DNA from: Ignavibacteria bacterium
Lineage (GTDB): Bacteria > Bacteroidota > Ignavibacteria > Palsa-1295
Assembly: GCA_013287605.1 (NCBI GenBank)
Contig: JABDDM010000001.1
Location: 24,833 to 88,832 of the forward strand
DNA length: 64,000 bases
Reading direction: 5' to 3'
The position numbers were made by a program, and so were the translations under genes. The notes under the pieces are model-generated. The model did no database searches. It worked only from the letters and a program-made list of their open reading frames with translations, and had not been told where the DNA came from. Positions 18,501-27,964 of the stretch are shown here, piece after piece. The first letter of the stretch is position 1; every line of letters begins with the position of its first letter.

Positions 18501-19337
18501 TGTGCCAGTCTCATTTGTAAGACCGATGGAAACATTGTTCTGAAACAGACGCCAGGCGAGGATCGGCGGGAAGCTATTGATCGCACCCGAGAATGGCCCG
18601 TAGTTGACCTGGACACTTGAATCCTGCCGGGTGATGATGATCTGAAATTTCTTAACGTAGATCCTATCCGCACCTGCGCTGGTAAAGCTCTGAGGTGAGA
18701 AGCTGTTTGGGCTTCCTGGACGCAGACGGAAATTGTAGAAATTGATCATGAACGTGTCGAGCGAGGGGCTCGTGCGCACATACACGCGCGAAGAGTCGCC
18801 GTTAGCCCGAATGTCGAGATCGGCCCACAGTCCAGCGATCATGGCATGCGGTGAAGCAGCGATACCGCCAGCCGAAGTCAAATTCTGAGCAGTGCGGGCC
18901 TGGTAGCTCGACAGCGCAGTTGTGTTGAAACCTACGATACCGTTCGATCCGATAATGATGCTGTCATAATTTCCATTATAGAAATTATAGGTGAATCCGA
19001 TCGGAAGCGGCCCAGCGATAGCATTATCCGCGGTGTCCATACCGGCCGGATTCAGCAACTGAGTAGGATCGTAGAAAAAGTAACCAGGCGGATAGAACTG
19101 GCGTGAACCAGAACCGATGCGCGTCCAGGTAGTTGGCTGGTAACTCGTATCGACGAAGAAGTAGTTCGGACGCCACGGCAGGGGGGCATTATCATCCGAA
19201 TCGACGACATAGTAGCCGGTCGACAGGACGTTTGGCTCACCGCGACGGTCGCTAGACTGGGCCTTTACATTTCCGGCTTTGAAAAGCAGGAGGGTAGCCA
19301 AGACCAGCAATGACATGCTTAGTACACGTCTCATCAT
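15582..19337 (-). CDS. giant secreted protein (1251 aa) with T9SS C-terminal sorting domain, function unknown
   Basis: Signal peptide MMRRVLSMSLLVLATLLLFKAGNVKAQ from ATG 19337 (track ORF extends to 19460). Penultimate Ig/FN3-like module (LTWATTKEIDNQGFSIERQ..YRIIQRDLNG). Terminal NYPNPFNPST..VYNMLGQVV..GTYLYKI CTD. Confidence 0.85.
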   Translation of the reverse strand: MMRRVLSMSLLVLATLLLFKAGNVKAQSSDRRGEPNVLSTGYYVVDSDDNAPLPWRPNYFFVDTSYQPTTWTRIGSGSRQFYPPGYFFYDPTQLLNPAGMDTADNAIAGPLPIGFTYNFYNGNYDSIIIGSNGIVGFNTTALSSYQARTAQNLTSAGGIAASPHAMIAGLWADLDIRANGDSSRVYVRTSPSLDTFMINFYNFRLRPGSPNSFSPQSFTSAGADRIYVKKFQIIITRQDSSVQVNYGPFSGAINSFPPILAWRLFQNNVSIGLTNETGTQATSVLHQNTWDAVNPNCPNCNKNFRQSGQWSVKFKRWHNVVRAESVDYPPRNFEICLGTSVTPKATFRNVDSVVQSFKARFQIRNVVTGIAVYGRTSNMLNMAPGEKRQALDFTPYATNPNILNQLGTFKACAIATSFDTSDAYIGDVWPFDDTTCIRVFGVRTQSLPFNDGSNNYSITSSGDIPDQQKWISIGAQVVDGEDATFDPPPPRDPIGFGGHQYKSPVIRLDRQDIDGNTYAGTGVGDTLISFPINLQGQTKAGLAFDYQRSGRTTYPWLWDADVMYGPEHTVLNILGNVLRRGDSLTLEFKNPLEPACNPSGSGWSRITSIDGGHDFEFKRLFVRLENSLPRTNYFNNRFRFRLRLKAKYDGSALPPPTDDNDDWFVDNLSVQVPRKPEIEVMWVRCVNPYTKIPASQAVSLPIFVHIANNSTDVAVAFPIRVQIIGPGGETKYYQTSTVTSIVGGTDTTIQMPNWNAQNATDQGEYQIIAYLAQAGYDSYEDDNVTYTLFTLNVETGGSPTQEFAYDNAGLTTAPGAGNDWPAVTNEVGQGVGFNGNNGSFATKFRLVTKDTVYGVNVYFSNANQSDDPIRISLLNGDPSSCTPGDTIATFNARRLGGSYNQFWPYFFPKPVVLNGGSDAGATKGVYWISVSQLGLQNMMIGGNLSKGGGLIRVADGFTPQIPPIYNDPFGTQAGATINNGDASCVWALEVTAGSGGWAGWTPSNGWWPTMAGSNSSTNITPFSPPLAWRSFVNYSFFIWGGTYTPMIRPLVSRSIMLPVELLYLHGVNQNGNALLTWATTKEIDNQGFSIERQPKNDAGSQWMHIGDVRSTVTNSSQTTGYAFTDRNVMPGTYNYRIIQRDLNGAQHVSNTVEVTVAQPTNFALQQNYPNPFNPSTEISFTLPVSAPTQLVVYNMLGQVVRMLYSGDAQAGTTTIFFDGHGDDKSELPSGTYLYKITSGQFSATRKMTLSK

Positions 19338-19719
19338 CGTTGCAGGTTTAATAAAGTGGAAACAACAGTGAATAATAATGACACTAATGAGTTTTAACAC
19401 ACACTCTTTTTCTGGGGAAGAGCTCTTTTGGCTCTCACACCGATCCTTATCAACTCTCAATCAAAGGATGCAATTGGTACCGAAATTTCCCTCAGCTTCC
19501 GATTAAGGAAGGCTGCAGGGCGCTCAACATGAGCTAAAACGAGATCGTGAGGTGAGTTTTCTCGATCTTCCAGCGGCTTTCAGAGACTCGGCCACCGGTC
19601 ATTTCCGATCCAACCATCTGCTATCGTTTATAAAGATACGAAAAAACCTTCACCAGTAATCAAAAAGACCTACGAGATTGCAAAAGGTTACACACTTTCC
19701 TCAAATTTGTCCTAGAGGG

Positions 19720-20841
19720 TCATCGAACCAGCATAAATTGCTTCCCAGCTAACTGCCGGACAACACTCTTGAATTCGAGCTGGAGCAGGTGTACGAGCAT
19801 ATACTGGACCTCCATTTCTGATCGCTCAGCAAGCACATCGATCTGTAATGGCTCGGCAGCTGATTCCAGTACCTCCACGATTCGATTCTCAAAGAGTGAC
19901 AGGTCGGGTCGCGGGACCCTCTGCCTGGCTCGCTGAGGCCTGTCACGCACGATCCAGCCCATATCCAGCAACACATCGCTGGCTGAACGGACCAGTTTTG
20001 CGCGGCTTTCACGAACAAGCATGTTTGTGCCGGCGCTCATAGGGCGGCCCAGATCTCCGGGGATGGCAAAAACTTCCCGATTTTGGTCAAGGGCAAGTGA
20101 AGCTGTGATCATAGATCCACCCTTCTCGTCGCTTTCGACCACGAGTACAGCATGCGACAACCCGCTTACGATCCGATTGCGCCAGGGAAAATTTCGCGCG
20201 TCGGGCGGAGTGCCAAGCGGCAATTCGGAAACGAGGATGCCCGAACCCGCCTGAGTCAATTCCTCCGCGAATTGTTTGTTGTTGGCTGGATAAATAACAT
20301 CAATTCCTGATCCCAGCACCGCAATTGTTTTGCCTCCTGCTTCATGTGCCGATCGGTGAGCGATTGTGTCAACGCCTCGAGCAAATCCACTTACGATGGT
20401 AACGCGCTCTCGTACAAGATCTTCGGAGAAGGTATGCGCAAGTCTCTTACCATAGTCGGTCACTTTCCTGCTGCCGATCACGGCAACTGCACGCTCTGCT
20501 GCGAGCAGGCTTGCATCGCCCTTAATGTACAAGAGAGCCGGCGGATCATAGATCGATCTAAGCTGCTCGGGATAAGCATCATCAAAGAACGTGATGATCT
20601 GCTGGCCTTCGGCAAGCATCGAGAGTTGGTGATCAGCGTTTTCAAGACCCGTTGCTCGCTGTGCAACAAGCGTGGCTGCAGTTGTGGAGCCGATGGCCGG
20701 CACTCGCTCCAATTCCTGTACTGCAGCACGGAATGCCCGCTCGGCACTCTTAAAATATTCTCGAATATTGATGAGGCGGCGAGCACCTACTCCTGTTGCG
20801 AAATAAAGCGCCAGATAGTAACGCAGTTCGTTTTCCTGCAT
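19720..20841 (-). CDS. dprA: DNA-processing protein DprA (Smf)
   Basis: N-terminal helical domain followed by a Rossmann-like core (IGSRK.TDYG, SGFARGVD..AH, GSGIDVIYP, SELPLGT). Confidence 0.9.
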   Translation of the reverse strand: MQENELRYYLALYFATGVGARRLINIREYFKSAERAFRAAVQELERVPAIGSTTAATLVAQRATGLENADHQLSMLAEGQQIITFFDDAYPEQLRSIYDPPALLYIKGDASLLAAERAVAVIGSRKVTDYGKRLAHTFSEDLVRERVTIVSGFARGVDTIAHRSAHEAGGKTIAVLGSGIDVIYPANNKQFAEELTQAGSGILVSELPLGTPPDARNFPWRNRIVSGLSHAVLVVESDEKGGSMITASLALDQNREVFAIPGDLGRPMSAGTNMLVRESRAKLVRSASDVLLDMGWIVRDRPQRARQRVPRPDLSLFENRIVEVLESAAEPLQIDVLAERSEMEVQYMLVHLLQLEFKSVVRQLAGKQFMLVR

Positions 20842-20867
20842 ATCTCCCGTAGTGAGGACCCTTAAAT

Positions 20868-21674
20868 TTAAATTCCTTTGAAATTCGCTTTGCGCTTCTC
20901 CAGAAAGGCTGCAGTGCCTTCGTGGAAATCTGCACTTGTTGTTAGTTGCCCAAAATGATCCGCCTCGCGATTCAGCCCTTCCTCGATCGATTCATCGGCG
21001 CCTTCAAAGATGCATTCTAGTGCAGCTTTGATGGCGAGCGGAGCTTTCTCAGCGATCGTTGCGGCTAGCGTTCGAGCGGTACTGAGCAAATCAGCAAGCG
21101 GCACAACGCGCGAGACGATCTCGTGTTCTTCTGCTTCCTTCGCGTTAAGCATCCGTGTCGTGAGGATCAGATCAGTTGCATGGGTTCGTCCAATAACACG
21201 TGTCAACCTCTGTGTTCCACCATAGCCGGGGATGATCCCAAGGTTCACTTCCGGTTGACCGAACTTTGCGTTCTCAGAGCAGATACGAATGTGACAAGCC
21301 AGCGCGAGTTCGCAGCCACCACCTAGCGCAAAACCATTGATAGCAGCAATGAACGGCTTCGGTGACGATTCGATCAGGCTGAATACTGCCTGCCCATTCT
21401 GAGCAAAATTGCGTCCATCGCTGCTGTCATTGAGTGCCGAAAGCTCCGATATGTCGGCACCGGCAACGAATGCCTTTTCGCCGGCGCCAGTGATGATCAC
21501 CGCACGAACATCGTCTCGCTCGCGAAGATCAGTGACGAGATGGCGAAGATCCTCGAGAACTTGAGCGCTTAGTGCGTTCAGTTTGTCAGGGCGGTTGATC
21601 GTGATTTCAGCGACGTGATCACTGACGTTGAACAAAAGCGTTTCATAGGTACGCTCGACCTGAAGAGTAGACAT
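20868..21674 (-). CDS. enoyl-CoA hydratase/isomerase (crotonase family)
   Basis: ITINRPDKLNAL, VIITGAGEKAFVAGADI, and GFALGGGCELALACHIR with the catalytic Glu region. Confidence 0.9.
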   Translation of the reverse strand: MSTLQVERTYETLLFNVSDHVAEITINRPDKLNALSAQVLEDLRHLVTDLRERDDVRAVIITGAGEKAFVAGADISELSALNDSSDGRNFAQNGQAVFSLIESSPKPFIAAINGFALGGGCELALACHIRICSENAKFGQPEVNLGIIPGYGGTQRLTRVIGRTHATDLILTTRMLNAKEAEEHEIVSRVVPLADLLSTARTLAATIAEKAPLAIKAALECIFEGADESIEEGLNREADHFGQLTTSADFHEGTAAFLEKRKANFKGI

Positions 21675-21709
21675 CAAAAGATCGTGACTTAAAAGCGAAA
21701 GACAAAAGA

Positions 21710-22759
21710 CTATTCTAGCTGTTCGTGCTGGGCGATCAACTCCTCTAGACGCTTCACGCGTTCTGAGAGCTCTGGCAATGAGCGAATGACCCCCTCAAGC
21801 TTGAGCGCCTCGCGATGGTTCTTTGCGGGGCTGCCAAAGTACGTACCTGACTTCAGTAAGGACTTGGAGACTCCGGATTGCGCACCGATGATCACATGCG
21901 CAGCAGTTTGGATGTGTCCGACGATGCCCACCTGACCCGCGATAATGTTCTGCGCTCCCAATGTCGTGGACCCGCTGATACCGGTTTGTGCGGCGATCAC
22001 CGTATTCTCGCCCACTTCGACGTTATGGGCGATCTGAATAAGATTATCCAATTTAGCACCACGCTTGATTCGCGTCTCCGCTACAGTTGCCCGATCCACG
22101 GTCGTATTTGCTCCGATCTCGACGTTATCCTCAATGACAACTTTGCCGACCTGCGGTATCTTCTTATATGTACCATCACCCATCGGAACATACCCGAAGC
22201 CATCGAATCCGATGATGCAACCCGCGCCGATCACAACATCACTGCCGATCTCAATACCGTCGTAGACAACAGCATTCGGATGGACTGCGGTCCTCTTTCC
22301 GATCGAGGTTCCGGGTCCGATGTACACCCCTGGAAAAATCTCGCTGCTCTCGCCGATCGTCACGTTTTCAGAGATGGTAACATGCGGACCGATCTTCGCA
22401 GATTTTGCGACCCTGGCTGTTGGATGAATACTTGCGCTCTTATCGACGCCTTCGGGAAGGAGGCTTCGGTGCTCGCCAAAGATCTCCAACGTTTTCGCAA
22501 AAGCTTCATACGGACTCTTTACACGAATGAGTGCGGGCAGTTTTAAATCCGTTGCCTGCGGCAGCGTGAGGTACTCACTCACGATAACTGCGCTCGAGCG
22601 AGTCGTCAGTAGATAACGCTCATAGTGCGGATTCCCGATAAAACTGACTGCGCCAAGATTCCCGTCCTCGATCGCCATTGCGTGCGTGATCTCTTCCTCA
22701 CCTGTCGAGTTATCTAGGGAGACGGCTTCCAGAAGTTTTGCCAGCTCTTTGATATTCAT
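21710..22759 (-). CDS. lpxD: UDP-3-O-acylglucosamine N-acyltransferase
   Basis: LpxD-type N-terminal domain, long left-handed beta-helix hexapeptide repeats, and a C-terminal helix. Positioned after skp as in the classical cluster. Confidence 0.95.
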   Translation of the reverse strand: MNIKELAKLLEAVSLDNSTGEEEITHAMAIEDGNLGAVSFIGNPHYERYLLTTRSSAVIVSEYLTLPQATDLKLPALIRVKSPYEAFAKTLEIFGEHRSLLPEGVDKSASIHPTARVAKSAKIGPHVTISENVTIGESSEIFPGVYIGPGTSIGKRTAVHPNAVVYDGIEIGSDVVIGAGCIIGFDGFGYVPMGDGTYKKIPQVGKVVIEDNVEIGANTTVDRATVAETRIKRGAKLDNLIQIAHNVEVGENTVIAAQTGISGSTTLGAQNIIAGQVGIVGHIQTAAHVIIGAQSGVSKSLLKSGTYFGSPAKNHREALKLEGVIRSLPELSERVKRLEELIAQHEQLE

Positions 22760-22810
22760 TGACTTGCGTCCTTTGGTCGGTTAATTTGCTACTGTAACAC
22801 TGATCGTCGA

Positions 22811-23524
22811 TTAATGAATTGGAGGTTTAACGCCATTTGGATTCGGTTGAATCGGAGGCTGGATCGGGGGATTCGCGCCATTTTGGTTGGGAGGCGGTTG
22901 TCCGTTTGTTGACGGAATACTCGTCTTTACTTGCCCATTCTGATTGGTGTTTGCGTTGTTGTTGATCAACGGCTGCGTCAGCGCGTCGGTCTCAAGACCC
23001 AGCTTGTGAGCCACAACTAATGTCAAATCATATTTGGCGTTCGCATAAAGCAACGTCACACCGCGTGAACTTCTATCGATCACAAAGTCATAACTGCCAT
23101 CGCGGGCCACTTCCTCGATCGCTTTCTGCAAGCGATCATATGCAGGCCTCATAAGTTGGGATTGTTGACTGTAGAGCTCGCCGGTTGGGCCATATTTTTC
23201 TTGCTTGAAATCATCGAGCCGCTTGCGCAGGTTCTGCAATTCAACTTCAAACGCGGTCCGCTCTGCATCGGTCATGATGAGTTTGCGACGATCGAACTCA
23301 CTCGATTTCCGATTAAGCTCATTCTGGATATCGTCTGCATCATGCGTCCATTGACCGACGAGCTGCGCCAAACGTGATTCCGCATCGACCGCTTCAGGCA
23401 TCTGCTTCAACAGTTTTGATGCATCGATGTAGCCAACTTTCGTTTGAGAAAATACAGCACCGGGCATCACAGCCAACAGCGGAAGGAGTAGAAGAAGAGA
23501 GGAAATCCGTTTAAGAACGACCAT
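22811..23524 (-). CDS. skp: OmpH/Skp family periplasmic chaperone with Pro/Asn/Gln-rich C-terminal tail
   Basis: Signal peptide, KVGYIDASKLL start, and coiled-coil core typical of OmpH. It carries an extra ~50-aa tail ..NGQPPPNQNGANPPIQPPIQPNPNGVKPPIH. Confidence 0.85.
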   Translation of the reverse strand: MVVLKRISSLLLLLPLLAVMPGAVFSQTKVGYIDASKLLKQMPEAVDAESRLAQLVGQWTHDADDIQNELNRKSSEFDRRKLIMTDAERTAFEVELQNLRKRLDDFKQEKYGPTGELYSQQSQLMRPAYDRLQKAIEEVARDGSYDFVIDRSSRGVTLLYANAKYDLTLVVAHKLGLETDALTQPLINNNANTNQNGQVKTSIPSTNGQPPPNQNGANPPIQPPIQPNPNGVKPPIH

Positions 23525-23647
23525 GTCGATGAATCAATCAATAAAAATAGAGAAGCGCGCCGTTACTGTAAACGAACGCGCTTTCCAAAAATGCCCGTGG
23601 TTTGCAAGTGGTGCTTTAATATGACCACCAGCATTCCCGGCTGAAGC

Positions 23648-24169
23648 TCACTTTCCGGCCTTCAGGTAATCGATCAACTTCTGGGTGATGTCAATCGCGT
23701 TGTCAGAGTTCAGGACGCTAGTCTTATCCAAAACGATGATGTACTTGTCGCGTTTTACGATCGCTGCGATCGCTAACTTCGTCTTGTCAAAGATAGGCTG
23801 AAGAATCAACTGCTGCTGGTGCGCCAATTCACCATCCTGGCCAAATTTGGAATCGCGATACTTGAGCGCCTGATCCTGCATCTGCGCAAGTTCCTGATTC
23901 GCGGCTTCCTTGCGTTCAGGCGTCATCGTATCGAGTACTTTCTTATAAGCATCAGCCTTGCTCTGCATTGCAGTCTGCATCAGCTGCAAAGAATCCTGCC
24001 AAATCTTCTGCAGGCCCTGAATGCGCTGATTCGCAATGGCTGTTTCCGGCATGGAGCTTAATACCTCACGTGAATCGAGAACGGCAATCTTTTGAGCATT
24101 CGCACTCGAAATGTTCAAGCCCATCACCAGGGCGAGCACTGCGAGCGCACTATAGGTCAATTTTTTCAT
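23648..24169 (-). CDS. skp: OmpH/Skp family periplasmic chaperone
   Basis: Signal peptide ..SSANAQ, KIAVLDSREVL, and a coiled-coil core. Directly downstream of bamA. Confidence 0.85.
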   Translation of the reverse strand: MKKLTYSALAVLALVMGLNISSANAQKIAVLDSREVLSSMPETAIANQRIQGLQKIWQDSLQLMQTAMQSKADAYKKVLDTMTPERKEAANQELAQMQDQALKYRDSKFGQDGELAHQQQLILQPIFDKTKLAIAAIVKRDKYIIVLDKTSVLNSDNAIDITQKLIDYLKAGK

Positions 24170-24304
24170 AGAATGTTTATCTTTCTTCTCAGCTAGTTAA
24201 AATCTTTAGGGGTCTCAGGCGATCGGCGATGCCTCCTCTTGAGGCCAGCACCGTAAAAGAGTGGGCAGGCAGAAAAAATTCCGTCCTAACATCGGCAACT
24301 TTGT

Positions 24305-26746
24305 TCAGAATCCACGTCCAAATTGGAAGTGCGTGTGCCAGCCGCTCGGTGGCCCAAAGGCATGCTGACTGTCGAATCCATACCCAAAGTCGATGCCGAT
24401 CATTCCAACCGCTGGCACCTGAACGCGGGAGCCAAGTCCTAATGAGCGTTTCAGGGTGAAAGGATCTGCGTGTGAAAAATCACTCCATACATTTCCTGCT
24501 TCAGCAAATGCAAGTAAGTAGAACGGAATTGGTTCGAGCGAAATCACAAACCGAAGCTCGGCTACATAACGCATATAGGCCAGCCCACCTTGAACTAGCG
24601 TATTGCCGCCTAACTGGCTGATCCCGATTGATGCGTCATCATATCCTCGAAGTGGAATCGTATAGAATCCCGTTGCAAGCCCGCTTCCACCCATCGTGAA
24701 CCGTTCGGTTGGCGGTACATACGGGTGACTTCCGACACCGCCTAATTGGCCAACATCTGCGGTGGTCGCAAGCACAAGCTTATTTGATCCGCCGTAAGCA
24801 AGAAGCGGAGTGTAGAACCGCATGAAGAGCGAGTTTTTGAAGTAATTAGCTGGCTCGTTCGGAGATACGCTTGGCAACGGCAGATATCCGATGCGATTCA
24901 ATAGCGTAAACTCCGAGCCTGTCGTCGGGAAGACAGGATTATCCGTCGACATTCGTGAAATGCTCTGCTCGAAACTTACTTCGTCATGGCGTCCAGGAAG
25001 ATAGATGCCTCCGCCCTGCGTGATGTCTGAGTGCTGGCCTAGGAGCGTCCATTTGATGCTAAAGAAATCATCCGGCCATTTGAGCCTGCGACCGAGCGTC
25101 AATGTCGCACCAGTTCGGTCGACGGTGTATTGGTATGCGTAATGCACGCTGTAAATACTCGCACCAAGCAGCGTTGGATGCTGGAAGAGCCATGGCTCCG
25201 TGAAGCTCATTGAAATATTGCGGTACGACTGCTGCCCAAATTCAGCGGTCACCGAAAGCACTTGTCCCCCTCCACCATGCAGCGGATCAGACATATCGAA
25301 ATTGTTGAATGAAACTCCAACCGAACCGGTCAGGCCAAGAGAGCCCCCATAACCGACCGATGCGTTAAACGTATCGCTCGAACGCTCCTCGACATTATAA
25401 GTAACATCAACGTCGGTCGCGTCCGGTTGGATTTTCACATCAGGTGTGAGCTTCTCCTGATTAAAATAGTTGAGTTGAGCGATCTGGCGGATGGACCGAA
25501 TAATCGCCGCTCGGCTGAACGCATCTCCTGGACGCGTGAAGAGCTCGCGGCGAACGACAAAATCCTTGGTCTTCGTATTTCCCTGCACATCAACATAGCG
25601 GAAGAAGTGCTGCTTTCCTTCCTGGATACGGAGTGTCAAATCGACCGAATCCGGCGGTACTACTGATTCTTCCTTGTTGATCGTGACGACGTACCCACGA
25701 TCATAATAGAGCGAACCAACATCGTTAAAATCGGGCGTCGGCCCGCGCATGTTCTGATCGAATTTCTCTACGTTGTAGACATCGCCTCGTTTGAATCCGA
25801 GATGATCTCGAATCTCCTGCTCCGTAAAAACCTCGTTGCCAACGATCGCGATATTACGGATATGGTACTGCGGACCTTCGTACACATGAATGAGAATGTT
25901 GAGGTCCGTGCCATTCGTCACCCAGATCGAATCACCGAGTATCGCCGCATCGCGATAGCCGTGAGACTGATAGTAGGCGACGAGGTGCTTCAGATCCTCT
26001 TCAAACTTTTTTTCGTCGAAGCTTCCGCTTGTGAAGATCTTGTACCAACGCTTTTCATGCGTGTTTTCGAGAACGCCACGAAGTTCATCCGAACTTACCT
26101 GCTTATTCCCAACAAAATCGATATGGCGTACGGTAACTTCTGAACCTTCGTTGATCGTGACAATCAGATCGCTATTGGCGGTATCTTTCGTGGAACGGAC
26201 CAGATTAAACTGTACATCCGCAAAGTGATACCCCTCTTTCTCATACAACGCCTTTACTCGGTTTTTTGCCTCTTCAATCTCCCAGGGCCGCAGAAACTGA
26301 TATTGATGCAAACCGAGGGCTTTCTCTATATCCGCAGTCTTTATCGCCTTGTTTCCGGTGATCGTCACCGCATTTAACCGAGGAAATTGTGTAACTTTGA
26401 TCGTCAGATAAAGACCAATCGTACCGTCAGTTTGTGGGATCTCCTTATCAACGACGATCTGCACATCCGAATAGATGCCTTCACTCCAGAGCTGCTGGAT
26501 GGCCCGGCGAATTTCGTCGCTAGGGTACGTGATCTTTTCGCCTTTATAAAGCCCAGCCTGACCGATGATGGTCTCGCCACTTCCTGTTGTGTTGCCTTCG
26601 ACCGAGATGCCTAGTATGGTGTAATGCTGCTCAACGGGCTGCGCTGTGATTGCTGGAGCTCCGCCAGAACTGACTTGCGCAGAGGCCGAGGCGGCCAGGA
26701 ACAAGGACGAAAAAACCGCAAACGTCGTAAGAAACCAAAGGCGCAT
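24305..26746 (-). CDS. bamA: outer membrane protein assembly factor BamA
   Basis: Signal peptide from ATG 26746 (track ORF extends to 26815). POTRA repeats, a C-terminal 16-strand barrel region, and the terminal HFQFGRGF. Context is uppS-bamA-skp. Confidence 0.95.
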   Translation of the reverse strand: MRLWFLTTFAVFSSLFLAASASAQVSSGGAPAITAQPVEQHYTILGISVEGNTTGSGETIIGQAGLYKGEKITYPSDEIRRAIQQLWSEGIYSDVQIVVDKEIPQTDGTIGLYLTIKVTQFPRLNAVTITGNKAIKTADIEKALGLHQYQFLRPWEIEEAKNRVKALYEKEGYHFADVQFNLVRSTKDTANSDLIVTINEGSEVTVRHIDFVGNKQVSSDELRGVLENTHEKRWYKIFTSGSFDEKKFEEDLKHLVAYYQSHGYRDAAILGDSIWVTNGTDLNILIHVYEGPQYHIRNIAIVGNEVFTEQEIRDHLGFKRGDVYNVEKFDQNMRGPTPDFNDVGSLYYDRGYVVTINKEESVVPPDSVDLTLRIQEGKQHFFRYVDVQGNTKTKDFVVRRELFTRPGDAFSRAAIIRSIRQIAQLNYFNQEKLTPDVKIQPDATDVDVTYNVEERSSDTFNASVGYGGSLGLTGSVGVSFNNFDMSDPLHGGGGQVLSVTAEFGQQSYRNISMSFTEPWLFQHPTLLGASIYSVHYAYQYTVDRTGATLTLGRRLKWPDDFFSIKWTLLGQHSDITQGGGIYLPGRHDEVSFEQSISRMSTDNPVFPTTGSEFTLLNRIGYLPLPSVSPNEPANYFKNSLFMRFYTPLLAYGGSNKLVLATTADVGQLGGVGSHPYVPPTERFTMGGSGLATGFYTIPLRGYDDASIGISQLGGNTLVQGGLAYMRYVAELRFVISLEPIPFYLLAFAEAGNVWSDFSHADPFTLKRSLGLGSRVQVPAVGMIGIDFGYGFDSQHAFGPPSGWHTHFQFGRGF

Positions 26747-26892
26747 CAGATCGAAAAGGTCGGTGGTCTTATGTAAAGATCCTATGGGTGCAGCATCGAG
26801 CCACGAATAGCCCACTCAGATACGGGATTGGGAGGCAAAGAGTTGCGCCAAACCACGAATTTTTCGTGAAGAAGCGTTCACAAATCCCAAAG

Positions 26893-27846
26893 TCAATTAT
26901 TTCCTGTGATCGTTCGGATGAATCGATCAACGTAGGAGCGATGCTCATCGGAGACATCCTCGTCCTGTTTCAACTGCGATCCCGTCAGGCCAAAGCGGCG
27001 CTCACGGGTCTGATAGGCGCGAATAGCTTCGTATAAATGTTCGCGCCGAAAATCGGGCCAGTAGATCTGTGTGACGTAGATCTCGCTGTAGGCCAATTCC
27101 CAAAGTAAAAAGTTGGAAAGCCTGAGTTCGCCACTCGTCCGTATCATCAAATCAGGATCCGGAAGGTCGCGAGTGGTGAGGTATGATCTAAGAAGCGTAT
27201 CGGAAATATCTTCAGGAGAGATCTTGCCGCGCCGGACATCGAGTGCAAGTGTTTGCATGGCCCGTACAAGGTCCCAGCGTCCGGAATAGGAAAGTGCGAG
27301 TGTCAGGGTCAGATGATCGTTCTGCGAAGTCTTGTCCATCGCATCGAAGAGCTCGCGTTGCACTTCTTTAGGAAGTGCATTCGTCTGGCCGATCGTGTTC
27401 AGCCTCACGCCGTTCTCGCGCATTTCGTTCAACTCTTCGCGGAGCATTTTCAGCAGCAGCCGCATGAGCATCGATACTTCCTTGTGCGGGCGATTCCAGT
27501 TTTCGGTGCTGAAGGCGTAAACAGTCAGGTAATTAAGGCCGAGTTCGCGTGCTGCGCGTGTCGTGTCGCGAAGACTCGCGATCCCCGCCTGATGACCCGC
27601 CACGCGTGGAAGACCACGTTCCTGTGCCCATCTGCCGTTGCCATCCATGATGACGGCGACATGCTTCGGAATATTGCCTCCGGCAATCAGCAAACGCTGG
27701 ACTTCTTTGTCCTCCGGCGTTTGTGTGTAAGGCTCTGGGCGTAAAAGGCGCTTCAAGTTCGTGGCGTTGTCTCCAGATTGATCAAAACAGAATGCAAACG
27801 GCAAGACAAATGGTTCAGGAAAAAAAGCGGGACCCACCATTGGCAA
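26893..27846 (-). CDS. uppS: isoprenyl transferase (undecaprenyl-diphosphate synthase)
   Basis: HVAVIMDGNGRWA and RTSGELRLSNFLLWELAYSE motifs. It has N- and C-terminal extensions relative to the ~250-aa norm. Confidence 0.9.
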   Translation of the reverse strand: MPMVGPAFFPEPFVLPFAFCFDQSGDNATNLKRLLRPEPYTQTPEDKEVQRLLIAGGNIPKHVAVIMDGNGRWAQERGLPRVAGHQAGIASLRDTTRAARELGLNYLTVYAFSTENWNRPHKEVSMLMRLLLKMLREELNEMRENGVRLNTIGQTNALPKEVQRELFDAMDKTSQNDHLTLTLALSYSGRWDLVRAMQTLALDVRRGKISPEDISDTLLRSYLTTRDLPDPDLMIRTSGELRLSNFLLWELAYSEIYVTQIYWPDFRREHLYEAIRAYQTRERRFGLTGSQLKQDEDVSDEHRSYVDRFIRTITGNN

Positions 27847-27964
27847 GTGTCGTACCTACTCCGCAAAGTCGTCAAAGTGTCCGACGCTATTACTCATGAG
27901 ATGTTTCAGCAGGGCGATTTCATTCCCCCTGTACTCTGGTTCCAAACCATTCCAGCAGGAACAC

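Noticed and set aside
21878-22546. 222-aa ORF antisense to lpxD, and similar long antisense ORFs at 20344..20865, 38605..39132, 44639..45175 and 51183..51710
   Set aside because: All lie opposite well-supported genes (lpxD, dprA, cysS, dxr/rseP, rnr). Long open antisense frames are expected at this GC content and codon bias.
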